Shown here: piece by piece, positions 21,347 through 33,308 of the stretch
Numbering within the stretch: the first letter of the stretch is position 1
Layout: the number at the start of each line of letters is the position of its first letter
DNA from: Octopus sinensis
Lineage: Eukaryota
Length of the DNA stretch: 64,000 nucleotides
Assembly: GCF_006345805.1 (NCBI RefSeq)
Contig: NC_043011.1
Coordinates: 67,778,464-67,842,463, forward strand
Direction of reading: 5' to 3'
Translations under genes and position numbers: made by a program
The notes under the pieces: model-generated
Database searches by the model: none
What the model saw: only the letters and a program-made list of their open reading frames with translations
What the model was told of the DNA's origin: nothing

Positions 21347-22028
21347 ATTTTGTTGATTGATTAGTTGGTAAGTTGACATGATGGCTGGCTGGCTGGTCAG
21401 TCGGTCGGTCGGCTGCTGGCTGGTTGGCTGTTGGTTGGTTGGTTGCCATAACAAAGCTCGGCAGTCGCCAAACAGCAGTACATTTCGTCAGCTAAATTTA
21501 TTGGTTAAAATTACCTAAATAAGACAATTTTAACATGAAATAACTTCTAAAATACGAAATTTTTCAAAAACGTTCAGAGTAAACCGTCTTCAATGTGAAA
21601 AATTCTACCAGTATTCGAAATTTCAAACTGTTTAGTTAAAAAAAAATTAATAAAAAAATCTGTGGTTGAGATGGATGACTCTTCCATCGATCGCCCTTCC
21701 AATGTTAGTAATAAATGAATCCCCAAGTACTACCGATATCCTCCGCAAAATAGAGATAACGGCGGTCATCGGAGAAGTGAGCCCTGCGATGTGCAGTGGA
21801 TACTGCAGCGAGTATCACTGATCGTTCTCCGCGGAAACGCCACCGCGGCCATTACTGCAGGGCACGGCTGAACACACCACCTCCTCCATTTTTGCTGCTT
21901 TATCAACCCACACCTTTTTCTTCTTTTCCATTTTCTTTCTTTTCATTCCTCATCTCTTTTCTTTCCTGTGTCTTTATATCTGTGTGAGTTTTTCGAATTT
22001 AACGCTTACTTCGAATAAACCTTTAGAC

Positions 22029-22158
22029 CAGTGGTTCCCAACCTGCGGTTCGCGGGCGCTTAGTGGTCCGTGAGCTAAATTCAAATTTTCATTAGTAAAC
22101 GTGTTGGGAACCGCTGTCAAAAGATAGGGAACCACTGTTGAAAGATAGGGAACCACTG
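22029..22158. mobile_element. hAT (Charlie-type) MITE
   Basis: TIR CAGTGGTTCCC...GGGAACCACTG; perfect 8-bp TSD CTTTAGAC (22021-28, 22159-66). Confidence 0.9.
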
Positions 22159-22499
22159 CTTTAGACCCAACTCAAAACTGACACATATTTTCGGCTGATT
22201 TAATTAGCCACGTATATAACTGTTGTGTTCGATTTCTGATCGTAAAGATGTGAGTTCGATTTCTGGTGGCGTGTCGTGTCCTCGAACAAAACACTTTAAT
22301 TCACGTTTTGCCTGTATTTTAAAGGGCCGGCCTTGTCACATTCTCTTCGCGTTCCAATTCAACCCTAAAAGGGTAGACCTATAACCAGAGACATTCCAAC
22401 CGTAGCAATCCTGTCTCTTTTTGAGGTATATAGGTGCATGCGTAGTCGTGTGGTAAGAAGCTCGGATCCCGACCACATGGTTCCGGGTTCAGTTCCACT

Positions 22500-22845
22500 G
22501 CGCGTACGCGTATCTATGGAGTACTCAGCCACTGGCACGTTGATTTCACGAGCAAGCTGTTCCGTTGATCGGATCAGCTGGAATCCTCGTCGTCGTAACC
22601 GACGGAGTACCAATTATAACCGATATTCATTCGAACCAGTGTAGGTGTCTCCACTAGTCGCTTCGCTTGCTAAAAATAGCAGCTAATTTCTCTCAAATAA
22701 CAACCTACCATTTGAAGAAAAAGGAAGGACATAGTGGGCAATGTAGTTTGAAAAAATGTCTGAAAGGACAAGATAGTCGTAGTTGGAATGCCGTGATCAT
22801 ACCACTGCTCTGCTCCTATCAGGTATAGCCTGGGGCTAAACAAAC
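22500..22845 (+). mobile_element. additional SINE-like family D (tail also at 22360-22425 minus, 23262-23340, 49855-49912)
   Basis: Recurrent GGAATG.CT.TGATCATA...GGG.TGA.CTGG..CTAAACAAC tail. Confidence 0.55.
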
Positions 22846-22934
22846 GCCGAGCGTTCGACCTGCAAAAGCAGGTCTGCCGTCTTAAAAAAGGTGGACACAT
22901 TAAAACAATGTATTCCTAGATATCCTTTACTTTT

Positions 22935-23252
22935 TATCGTTTAGTTATTTCAGTCATTAGACTGCGGCCATGCTGGGGCACCGCCTGGAAGAATTTTTAG
23001 TCGAATGAATCAACCCCAGTATTTTTTTAAACCTTGTACTTATATATCGGTTTCTTTTTGCCGAACCACTAAGTTACGAGGACGTAAACAAACCTGCATG
23101 TGTGTGTGTGTACGAAATCCACTCACAAGGCTTTAGTCGACTCGAGACTATAGTAGAAGACACTTGCCCAATGTGCCACGCAATGGAACTGAACCCAGAA
23201 CCATGTAGTTGGAATGCAAGCTTCTTACCACACAGCCACACATGCGCCTATA
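22935..23252 (-). mobile_element. SINE family B
   Basis: Tail reads GGCGGTGCCCCAGCATGGCCGCAGTCTAATGACTGAAA on the minus strand. Confidence 0.85.
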
Positions 23253-24384
23253 TGCTTAAAAAAGACAGGATTGCCACGGCTGGAATGTCTATGGTCATAA
23301 GTCTACCTTTTAGGGTTGAACTGGAACTAAACAACGCGAACAGCAATAATTGCTTCTAATACAGGGCCTCAAATTTGGAGGAGTATAGTCGAGACCATCG
23401 ATCTAAGTATTTAAGTGGTATTTTATTTTATCGATCTCGAGAGGATGAATGGCTAAGTTGACCTTGGCAAGATTTGAAGAAAGAACATATAGCAGCATGA
23501 ATGTTGTTAGTCTGGTCTGTGGTGGTGACTAGTTGAGATTATGAATGAAAATATGTTTCTTGGGCTGTGAATATTTAACAGAAGATTCATTATCGCAGAT
23601 GAAGACAAACGGTGTCGGCTTTTTACCGATAACAACAGCAATAATTACATACTGGGAGAAAGATACTGCTTGGAGTTTACGGCAAGCTATCGATACAGTA
23701 ACCTGCGGCTTGCGCAGCATAACTTGAAACGATTGTGCTAATTCGTGGCGACGGAGGTTCCTGTCATCGGTGTGCTGTCTGTCTCAGCCATCTTCCTTGG
23801 TTGTCTGGCTGGTAAAAATGCGCACCGAACGGGGTTTTTTTATAGGAGACCGAAAGTCAAATTCTAGAATGTTCGAGAAAACCTGTCCACGCCATCTTTT
23901 CACGCTGGTTGGTTGGTTAATAAACCAATCACGCGAAACAATGGTGGTTTACTCGTGATGTCTGACCGCCTATCCGGAGATTCGGTTTCGTATCCTCGCT
24001 ACAAACACTTTATTCGACTCTTTAATGATTCTCAAACCACAGCCACCACTTAATTAAAAATAGTTTTTTTGTTTTTTTTTATTTAAGAACATAATGCTAA
24101 AAGCTCGCAAGGAAAATGCTGAAATGACGATATGTGGTATTTCTTCCGACGCTCTAAACATTCAGCCAACTGTCTTGTATTGTAACTTGTATTGATTTCA
24201 TCCATCCATTGGAAAGGATAGGAAATAAAATCGAGAGGGTTAATGTCAGAGATAGATTTAGGGTTAAATTTAGGACTATACTGTCATATACATTTAAGCT
24301 GATCCTCTAACACGGTGTTTCTTACTAAAACAGAAGACCGAGAGTTTTGAAAAAGGTGGTCTAGGCAAGTAACTATCTTTTATC

Positions 24385-24610
24385 TTTTACTTGGTTCAGT
24401 CATTGAACTGCGGCCATGCTGAGATATCAACTTGAAAGGTTTAGTAGAATGAATTTACTCAAGTACTTATTTTTTTAAAGTCTGGTGCCTACTCTATCAG
24501 TCTCTTGTGCTGACCCGCTACGTTACGGGTTGTAAACATACACTGTTTGTCAAGCGGTAGCGAAGGAAGAACCCCACTCACAAAAACACAAACACATAGG
24601 TGTGTGTGTG
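24385..24610 (-). mobile_element. diverged SINE family B 3' half
   Basis: CAGTCATTGAACTGCGGCCATGCTG...AAGTACTTATT. Confidence 0.7.
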
Positions 24611-24688
24611 TGTGTGTGTGTGTATGTATTGATAGATCGCTAGCCACTTCACATTCTTTATTTTCTCTCCTTGTTTCTTTCTGTGTTC

Positions 24689-24724
24689 CTTTCTGTGGAA
24701 GAGCGTAGGCTCGAAACGTTAAAG
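24689..24724 (+). ncRNA. minimal hammerhead-like motif (A6U variant)
   Basis: CTTT CTGTGGA A GAGC gtag GCTC GAAAC GTT AAAG. Confidence 0.55.
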
Positions 24725-25038
24725 ACTTTTTCACTTCCCAAGCGTTAAACTGATACATCTGTTTGTTGTCTGCACCACTTCTCTTCGACTTTTGTTTTGT
24801 TTTTTTTTTTGTGAATTCTCCCTATATATGTATGTATGTATGTATGTATGTTATGTATGTATGTATGTATGTATGTATGTACGTATATGTATATATATAA
24901 TTCATCTATATTTAACGCTATTGCGCCTGCGATCCACTTGTGTCACTGCTGCTGATATCATCAATCTTAAAATTTATCCACAAATGATATGAACAGTAGT
25001 GCCATCTGATTTCAAATCTCGGTGTTTGAATGTTTTGC

Positions 25039-25107
<69 letters not shown>

Positions 25108-25384
25108 GACGAGTTCCTTTTAGTTTACGTTTACTAAACCCACTCACACACTAAACTTTGCTCGGGGGCCACAACAGAAGATACTTGCCCGATGTTCCAC
25201 GCAGTGGGACTGAAGTTGCAGCCATACAGTTGGAAAACAAGCATCTTACCACACAGTCACGCCTGTACCTATGTTATATAAGATTAAGATAGTTGATTAG
25301 ATGACTGGTTTGCTGGTTATTGTGAAGATTACAGCAGACGATCTACTGACTTTGCCATCTATCGCTCTTCCAGTACTCTTTACT

Positions 25385-25580
25385 CTTTTACTTGTTTCAG
25401 TCATTTGACTGCGGCCATGCTGGAGCACCGCCTTTTAGTCGACAAATCGAACACCAGGACTTATTCTTTGGAAGCCTAGTACTTATTCTATCGGTCTCTT
25501 TTGCCGAACCGCTAGGTTACGGAGACGTAAACACACCAGCATCGGTTATCAAGCGATGTTGGGGGACAAACACAGACACA

Positions 25581-25619
<39 letters not shown>

Positions 25620-25626
25620 TATATAT

Positions 25627-25662
<36 letters not shown>

Positions 25663-25826
25663 CGACGGGCTTCTTTCAGTTTCCGTCTACCAAATCCACT
25701 CACAAGGCTTTGGTTGGCCCGAGGCTATAGTAAAAGACACTTGCCCAAGGTGCCATGCAGTGGGACTGAATGTAAAACCATGTGGTTTGTAAGCAAGCTA
25801 CTTACCACACAGTCACTCCTGCGCCT
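25385..25826 (-). mobile_element. SINE family B, full length (head fragment also at 25105-25270)
   Basis: Full match to the 10076 copy. Confidence 0.9.
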
Positions 25827-25836
25827 TATATTAACG

Positions 25837-25886
25837 TTCCCATGCTGGGAATCGAACCCAGACCGCCTGGGTGAAAGCCAGTGTCC
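25837..25886 (-). pseudogene. 5'-truncated tRNA-Glu(TTC) fragment
   Basis: Minus strand CTGG CTTTCAC CCAG G CGGT CTGGG TTCGATT CCCAG CATGGGAA: anticodon arm, T arm and 3' acceptor strand; D arm and 5' acceptor strand absent. Confidence 0.75.
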
Positions 25887-26100
25887 ACAATAAATGAATA
25901 ACGAACACGAGGCTACAAATTTGCAACGAAGAAAACCGTATTATATGGAGGCAAATTTTAATTTTGTTTTCTCATCAATTAAGAGATGGTACCGAAAACA
26001 AAATGCTCTGTGGTATTTCTTCTGGAAATCCTCTTTGTCTTTCATTCTTCCGGAATCGATAAAGTACTTATCTAGTAATGGATTGATCGCATCCACTTAC

Positions 26101-26144
26101 ACTTTCCTCCTTGTATCTGAACACAAGGCCATCAGAAACCACTG
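26101..26144 (-). CDS. candidate host-gene exon (44 nt)
   Basis: Acceptor TTTTCTGCTCCTTCTTTCTGTTCAG; donor AGT|GTAAGT; reads (T)VVSDGLVFRYKEES in phase with the upstream exon. Confidence 0.55.
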
Positions 26145-26301
26145 CTGAACAGAAAGAAGGAGCAGAAAATTTTCACAATTTTTTTTTTTTTTGTGATTTC
26201 TTTTGTTTAGCTTTTCATGGTAGAACGGAACTGGCGGTGTCTAAGAGCCACTGCTAAGACGTCTTAGTTCTTTGTTACAACTTAGTTCTGACAAACCTCA
26301 C

Positions 26302-26383
26302 TCAAATTTTCATAAATTTGATGTTGGAATCCGTCAGCGAGTCCATAGAACATGCAAATCCGTGATTTAAATAGAGGCAGCGA
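26302..26383 (-). CDS. candidate host-gene exon (82 nt)
   Basis: Acceptor TTTCTCTCTTTCGTTCTTTCATTCTTCTAG; SLPLFKSRICMFYGLADGFQHQIYENL + 1 nt; donor GTGAGG; 157-nt intron to the next exon. Confidence 0.55.
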
Positions 26384-26796
26384 CTAGAAGAATGAAAGAA
26401 CGAAAGAGAGAAATGGAGGAGGGGAGGAGGAGGAGGAGTAAGAGGAAGATGTAATGGTAATGAGAGATGGTAAGAGAGTGAGAGAGACGGGGAGAGAGAG
26501 AAGGAGGAACATAGCTGTTGGCCTTAAAAGGTAATCTGCTCGACGGAGTTATTCATCCTTCAATGTTTATGCGAGTTGTTCCATTTTCTTTGGATCCTAA
26601 GTTGTCCGTTTCAACGCTCTTTGTTTCTTTTCCTTCATCGCCCTGCCTCTCTTTTTCACTCTCTTCAATTACACACTCTCTCTTTCCCTCTCAAAATATT
26701 TGTCTGTCTAGCTGTCCATTCCTTACTCTTCGTTTCTCCCTTCCCAACTTCCTCTCTCGCCTGCCTGTCTGGCAAATCTCGCTGGAAATTAATGAT

Positions 26797-26798
26797 GC

Positions 26799-26865
<67 letters not shown>

Positions 26866-26907
26866 TACATATACACATACATATATATATATAATATATA
26901 TATATAT

Positions 26908-26939
<32 letters not shown>

Positions 26940-26958
26940 TACCTACATATATATATAT

Positions 26959-26990
<32 letters not shown>

Positions 26991-27055
26991 ACATATATAT
27001 ATATATATAGATATATATATATATATATATATAATTATATATATATTATATATAT

Positions 27056-27119
<64 letters not shown>

Positions 27120-27400
27120 ATATATTAATACATAAAATTCATATATATGTAACATGTACATACATGCATATATTACATTCGCACACACATACAGAAACAC
27201 ACAGGCACATCCAAATATACATACATGTATATACACTCATGCCTCGATTAGCGCTGCCTCATTTCAAACTTATTCCCTCTGGCTCTCTCTCTCTCTCTCT
27301 CTCTTCTCTCCCTCCCCTCTCTCTCTCTCTCTTCTCTCCCTCCCCTCTCTCTCTCTCGCTCCCCCTCTCTCTCCTTCGCTCCCTCTCTCTCTCTTAGAGT
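26797..27400. repeat. (TA)n, (CA)n-like and (CT)n microsatellites
   Basis: Direct reading. Confidence 0.9.
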
Positions 27401-27799
27401 GATGGTGGTGGGGGTACAACATTGTCAGTGGGATAACACTATATTATAATAATAACTGACAGGCTGCATGGAAATTCCTTGTTTATAAATATTCTAACTT
27501 TAATTTTCATCCATAAATTTGTGTTCATAAAAAACATCTTCACAAAATAGTTTCATTACATATCAAAAGATTTTTTTATGATAAAGAGTTCGACCTGAGA
27601 TTACTAGATGGAGAAAAATATCTTGTGTTCATTCAAGAGCACCACCAAATCGTCTCTGGTATTGCTTCCTTCTTTAAACCTTTCTCAAATTATGCAGGTG
27701 TTCTTCGTTCATGCTTTCACGTCGGGTCCCGGTTTTTTTTTACGAAGTTCTTCCTGATATTCTGTCTGTATCCCCTTTGTCAATCTTTCTCTCTGTTGT

Positions 27800-27830
<31 letters not shown>

Positions 27831-27831
27831 T

Positions 27832-28120
27832 TTGCAGCGTGGAAGGTGTTTATACGCCATTTAAAAACACACAAAAACCGTTTGATTCACTTCAGACATT
27901 TAAATTTAATTTGCCAAAATATTTTCGTCTCTTTGAGTCAATGAACAGGTTGCGGCCTCGAAGCGATGAAAGTATTTTGGCAAATTAAATTTAGATGCTG
28001 AAGTGAATCTAACGGTTTTTGTGTTTTTAAATGACTTATAAACACCTTCCACGCTGCAAAAATTTTCGTTCCAGCACACGATCTCAGACCAGGTCACTTG
28101 CTATGCAAGTACACCTCCGT
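27832..28120. mobile_element. fold-back element with asymmetric tail (second copy 61970-62233)
   Basis: TGCAGCGTGGAAGGTGTTT...AAACACCTTCCACGCTGCA arms of ~98 bp plus ~60-bp one-sided extension ending CTCCGT. Confidence 0.8.
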
Positions 28121-28158
28121 AGTACACACACACACACCACACACACACACACACATAC

Positions 28159-28201
<43 letters not shown>

Positions 28202-28255
28202 TATATATACATATATATATCTATATATATATATATATATACATTATATATACAT

Positions 28256-28384
<129 letters not shown>

Positions 28385-28639
28385 CATGTAAGTATGTATG
28401 TATGCTAGATGTTCAAGAACCAATGAAAGGCAGATTTTCAATCCCGAGACCATCCTGATTCTAAAAGAGATATAATATGTTTATGAAGAACAAATGTAGA
28501 CATAGAGTCAGGGGCCCCAGACGGACGGACAGGACTTCGCGTTTATTAATATAGATTTCTACCATGTAATGAGTATTCTTTTTCTGACATTTAACACTAA
28601 ACACTGACAACCTGACAACAACTGAACATGACATCCAAT

Positions 28640-30360
28640 CAGTTTATCATAATGAGAAAAGCCAAGGAGCATCTTCAGAAGATCCTCTTTGCCAAGAAGA
28701 ATATAATTCGGAAATATTAGAAGCTAACAGAAGTTACCTTGACAGATCCAGTGTTATAACTAACTGACACAGAATCTATATTTCGGATCAAGATGTATAC
28801 GCAGGCACCCAGGCATCCAAGGATTCCCTTCAGTTTCTTATGAATATCATCAAGTTTGGTAGTTACTCTCCCCAAACTTTATTTAATGAAGATGAAACAA
28901 AACTTTTGTGAGTAAATGTACAGCATCCGGTACTTTTATCTTTCGAAAGGAAAAAAATTCTTTGGGGTTCAAGATCAGACATGTTCGTTTAACACTTAAT
29001 ACCTGGTGGTTATTCCTCTGAAGGCTTCAAACTGAAAGTGAAGTTCGTTTATTATTCAGAAACTCTATGACCAATGAGTGAAATATGCCATGTGCTTCTA
29101 CTTGTGGTTTGGAAATCAAAGAAAAACTGCTTAGATTATAATAAAAATTCTCACTTCATGATTTTGTTTCGTATTTTTGTCCCGCAGAGAAAAGATATCA
29201 CAAAGATCATAACCTTGAAACTAAGGCATTGTTGTTGATTCATAATGCTCCACCCGACCACAAGAATCTCGGCACGTTTCAGATCTGTATTCTTGTCGAA
29301 GTAGTTTTCCTACAACTTAACACCACTTCCGTTATCCAACCTCTGGATCAGAATCTAATTTCTAATATGAAGGCCTACTATTTTCATCGCTCTATCGAAC
29401 AACTTGTTGAAGAAACAGAAGGCCAAGATAAACAATCTTTCTAGGACATTTTGAAAAACTGCGAGCCCTGAAGACCATCGATATCGAAACAGTCTGGGTC
29501 GAAGTAATCTAGAACTGCGTTTCAAGGCATATTTGTTTCTATTTTAATACTAAGGGAAGTAACTCTGAGTGATTAGGATGGCGTTGACTTTCACTGCTAC
29601 CATGACAACCATAGCATTCTGATTTCTTTATCAAATGTGTCGCTTATTTATTCAAAGTGCTTTGAATTAATGGCACATTATTTTGTAGCTTCAAACTTTC
29701 AATGGTGCTTTTGTATATTTTTAGAACGACATAAGAGGGTAGGCATGAAATTTTGAAGCTGGTCAGTTTGAACATAAAACGGAGAATATTTGGGCCGGAT
29801 ATGGCCGGATTAAATGCTAAAGGGTTAAGCATAAGCTTGGAAGCTGAATCGTCGGAGAGGAGTTACAACTAGCTGAAATGTGCAGGCGGTTAAATGCACA
29901 AGTCTCTGATATCCAACTGGTTGAAAAGCAGAAGGGCACCCAGGAGTCATGACCTGGATGCGGCCCGGCTCCCTTAGAGTGTAAGAAGTCAAGGACTGAA
30001 ACACTTACCTGAAGACCTTCTGCTGTTCAGCTCTCTTGAGAGTTTCTTACTACAAGAAGAAGATATGGAGAGAAGCCTGCAATGACTTGCTGGGATTTTA
30101 CGAAAATATAGAGCAGGCAGAAAGCAATGACATCGTTAAGTTGGCCAATGAAGGGGAAATGCAAAATGTCAATGGGGAAGATTTGTCGGAGTCGATGTAT
30201 GAGTTCAGAATTTATCTGTAGAAGAACTGCAGGATTTAGCACAGCAACACATCCAAAATAAGCCTGGAGAAACTGCAGCTTGGCCTGTGACACAACACAC
30301 ACAAAATATTGCGAATTAATTACTTAATAACAGTAACCCCATGATTACAGAAATACTGGA
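28640..30360 (+). pseudogene. pogo/Tigger-type DDE transposase relic, interrupted
   Basis: FNEDETK; LLIHNAPPDH...VVFLQLNTTSVIQPLDQNLISNMKAYY (DDE_1-like); acidic C-terminal segment at 30030-30250. Confidence 0.8.
29570..29828 (-). mobile_element. piggyBac-like non-autonomous fragment (one end)
   Basis: Minus-strand terminus TTAA CCCTTTAGCATTTAATCCGGCCATATCCGG; other end not found. Confidence 0.45.
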
Positions 30361-30927
30361 TTAGTTTACTGAGAATGATAACCCGCACTGATGGAGCAGC
30401 AAAGCTAAGAGAGACGCCCTGAGCAGGGCATGATATTCTGTTAATTAAGTTCATTCATAGGAGAAGGATTAAGAAAATGCAGATAACATAAGATGAATTC
30501 TTGGAAATATACTTGGAAGCTTCAAAGGCCTGAACACTCGGCCCAGATAAAGGGCCTTTCCAATTTCACACTGCAGCTTTTCTCCTGATATAACCGTGTA
30601 AACACCTATGTACTCGTGATTAAAAATGGTTAGTTAACAAGTTTAGTAAATTTATGAAAACTCTGGACCTTGTTTTCTCATTTCTTCATAATTTTTAGAT
30701 CACAGTTTGTAACATCACGTTTTGTGAGGTTATCTAAAGTTATTAAGTGCTTGGATAGTGCGATAACGAGTCTGCAGATTTTTTCAGTCGTTAGGTGATG
30801 TTATTTATCGCCTTTATTTATGTTCGTATCACTGTTAGCCCGTATTTCTAGTTATACTATGTTATAATAACGCTGTTTAGCACTATGTCTTTGGAAATGT
30901 AATTAGAGCAGTAACCTAGATATTGTG

Positions 30928-30974
<47 letters not shown>

Positions 30975-32006
30975 GCACCAGTGAAAAGCATCGCAAGGCG
31001 TCAGGTCAGGTGAACATGGCGGCCGGTTCAACAGCACATTGTTTTTTATCATCAGCACGCCCGATCTATCTCCCTAGCAATTTCTCATGGGGGGATAAAC
31101 CTGCACAGTGAGCTAGCAGTGAGGTGGAACCCTAAAATATTGAAAAAGTGGGTGATGATATTCATTTTCAATGAGCTAATCATTTAGTCAGTTCTGAAGC
31201 ATATGCAGATAAATATAGCTGATCACATATCCCTCAAAGAAAAACGAACCGTGAAGAGGATTTTGAGATGGCACAGATCCCATTAACTTTTAGTGAGTCT
31301 CTCATTTGCTCAACTGCGACATGAGGATTTTTTTCACCTAGAATGCGAACATTAAGCATGTTGATTTTGCTGCTCATATAAAATGGGGCCTCATCGCTGA
31401 AAACATGAGGTTCTTCAAATTTGTCGTCCTCAAGTTCCAGCTGCATAACGGCACAGGACTGTTTGCGCTTCTGCTTGTCACCTGTCTTTAAGACCTGAAC
31501 GAGCTGCAGCTTGGAGGATGTCATTTGCAGGCATTTCCTTGCGACACGCCAAAACAGTTTTGAAGGTATTTGGGTTTCAATACTTACTCTTTTATGTACT
31601 CCCAGTGGTTTCGCAAAAATATTTCCCGAATCCTCTCAACCATCTCTTCGGATACTGGTAGTCGTGCAAATCATTTTGCCCAGCACAGACAGTCTTCCTG
31701 TTTGAAATTTTGTACCAAGTCCCAATCTGCATTGCAACTTGTGCAGTTTTTAGTGAATTCTTTCACAAATGCACGCTGCAGAGTTTTGCCCGACTGTGTT
31801 CAAGCATATTTTAACACCGAAAACGTCGTTCCTTTTCCAGTTAATGGCATTTCTATACCTGAAAAGCAAAATATAAAATCTCAAAACATTCAACATAGAA
31901 TTTTGAGTTATTTCTACACACGGTGTTAAACTTTGAGATCATTTGAACGAGAATTGGTCAAGTAATCAGATTACAAAATGAGGTCAATTTTTCTGATACA
32001 CACTTT
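30975..32006 (-). pseudogene. Tc1/mariner superfamily (maT/DD37D-like, DUF4817-type HTH) transposase relic
   Basis: KLQLVQVL...VFSDEAPFYMSSKIN..NVRILGEKNPH...RDSLKVN..CAIS; N-terminal QRAFVKEF; degenerate (W)PPCSPDLTPCD at ~30990; TA-flanked end near 32006. Confidence 0.8.
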
Positions 32007-32228
32007 ATAACAAACATGCATTAAGTAAACCTTTAGTTTAATGTAAATATTTTTTTATAACTTGACACACAATCAAACACCCTTATTTTTAGTTGTAAAA
32101 ACATTATTACCTTTGTACGGTATTTTTTCCCATGCTGGCCACTTAATAATATCGATATTTAAATATCGATATTATCCTTATTTATAAATTTATATATACA
32201 GACATATATATATATATATCCATATATG

Positions 32229-32265
<37 letters not shown>

Positions 32266-32488
32266 CCACACAAGAGAAACTTGTGTATAATTATATACTT
32301 GTGTTTAAGTGTACACTATTTTATATTGAGAATATGTTGTCTATTGACTTTTTATACATGCTAGGCCACTTGTGGTGAAATTTCTAAAAATATTTACAAC
32401 CCTATAAAGTTTACGTATATGACCTCGTGTGTACCGTTGGCGATTTTTTTCCTCTGTCATCTCTTCTCTGGATCTTTCCTTCTCCTAT

Positions 32489-32523
32489 GTTTCCGACGAA
32501 GAGCTGCGCTCGAAACGTTAAAC
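32489..32523 (+). ncRNA. minimal hammerhead-like motif (U4C variant)
   Basis: GTTT CCGACGA A GAGC tgc GCTC GAAAC GTT AAAC. Confidence 0.6.
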
Positions 32524-32655
32524 CCTCCTTCTTTCCCTCTTTCTTGAGCGTCCAATAATACTATATTCGTTCCACGTCCTCGCGTTGTTGTGATTTTTTT
32601 GTGCTTTCTTGTTTGGATTAACTTTATATATATATATATATATATATATGCATGA

Positions 32656-32720
<65 letters not shown>

Positions 32721-32740
32721 ATATATATATATATGCATGA

Positions 32741-32808
<68 letters not shown>

Positions 32809-32848
32809 GTATGTATATTATAACATTGCATATATATATATATATATA

Positions 32849-33030
32849 GGGCAGCGGACTCGCGGTTTTAGGATCGCGGTTTCGATTTCCAGACCGGGCG
32901 TTGTGAGCGAAAACACCTAAAGCTCCACGAGGCTCCGGCAGGGGGTGGTGGCGATCTCTGCTGTACTCTTTCGCCACAACTTTCTCTCACTCTTTCTTCT
33001 GGTGGCCTGGTCGGTCACGGTGATATATAT
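32849..33030 (+). mobile_element. tRNA-headed SINE relic
   Basis: GGATCGCGGTTTCGATTTCCAGACCGGGCG B-box-like head followed by GAGCGAAAACACC. Confidence 0.5.
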
Positions 33031-33308
33031 ATATATATATATATATATTTGCATTAATATATGTGTGTGTGTGTGTGTTTGTGTGCACATGCACTCCAGT
33101 ATATACATACACATGTTTATTCCATAACATACATTTGAGTGCATACATATATACTTATTATGTATATATTCATACAAACATATTTACACGTTTACACACA
33201 TGAATGCATATATGAAAACATATATATATGTGCATGTGTGTGTGTGTTCGCGTGTGTGAGTATGCATATATATTTATATATATATATATATATAAATAAT
33301 AATAAATA

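Noticed and set aside
21566-21595. Minus-strand TTGAAGA CGG...GAACGTT hammerhead-like words
   Set aside because: Stem II and GAAA both broken; not distinguishable from chance.
23529-23720. Minus-strand peptide with PTPFVFICD resembling an APE (P.PF...GD) motif
   Set aside because: Single weak motif with no other endonuclease or RT motifs nearby.
27930-27975. Possible hammerhead in the spacer of the TGCAGCGTGG fold-back
   Set aside because: Core reads (G)TGAACA and stem II does not pair in either copy.
32147-32174. 28-bp perfect palindrome TAATATCGATATTTAAATATCGATATTA
   Set aside because: Short, AT-rich and single; no associated structure found.
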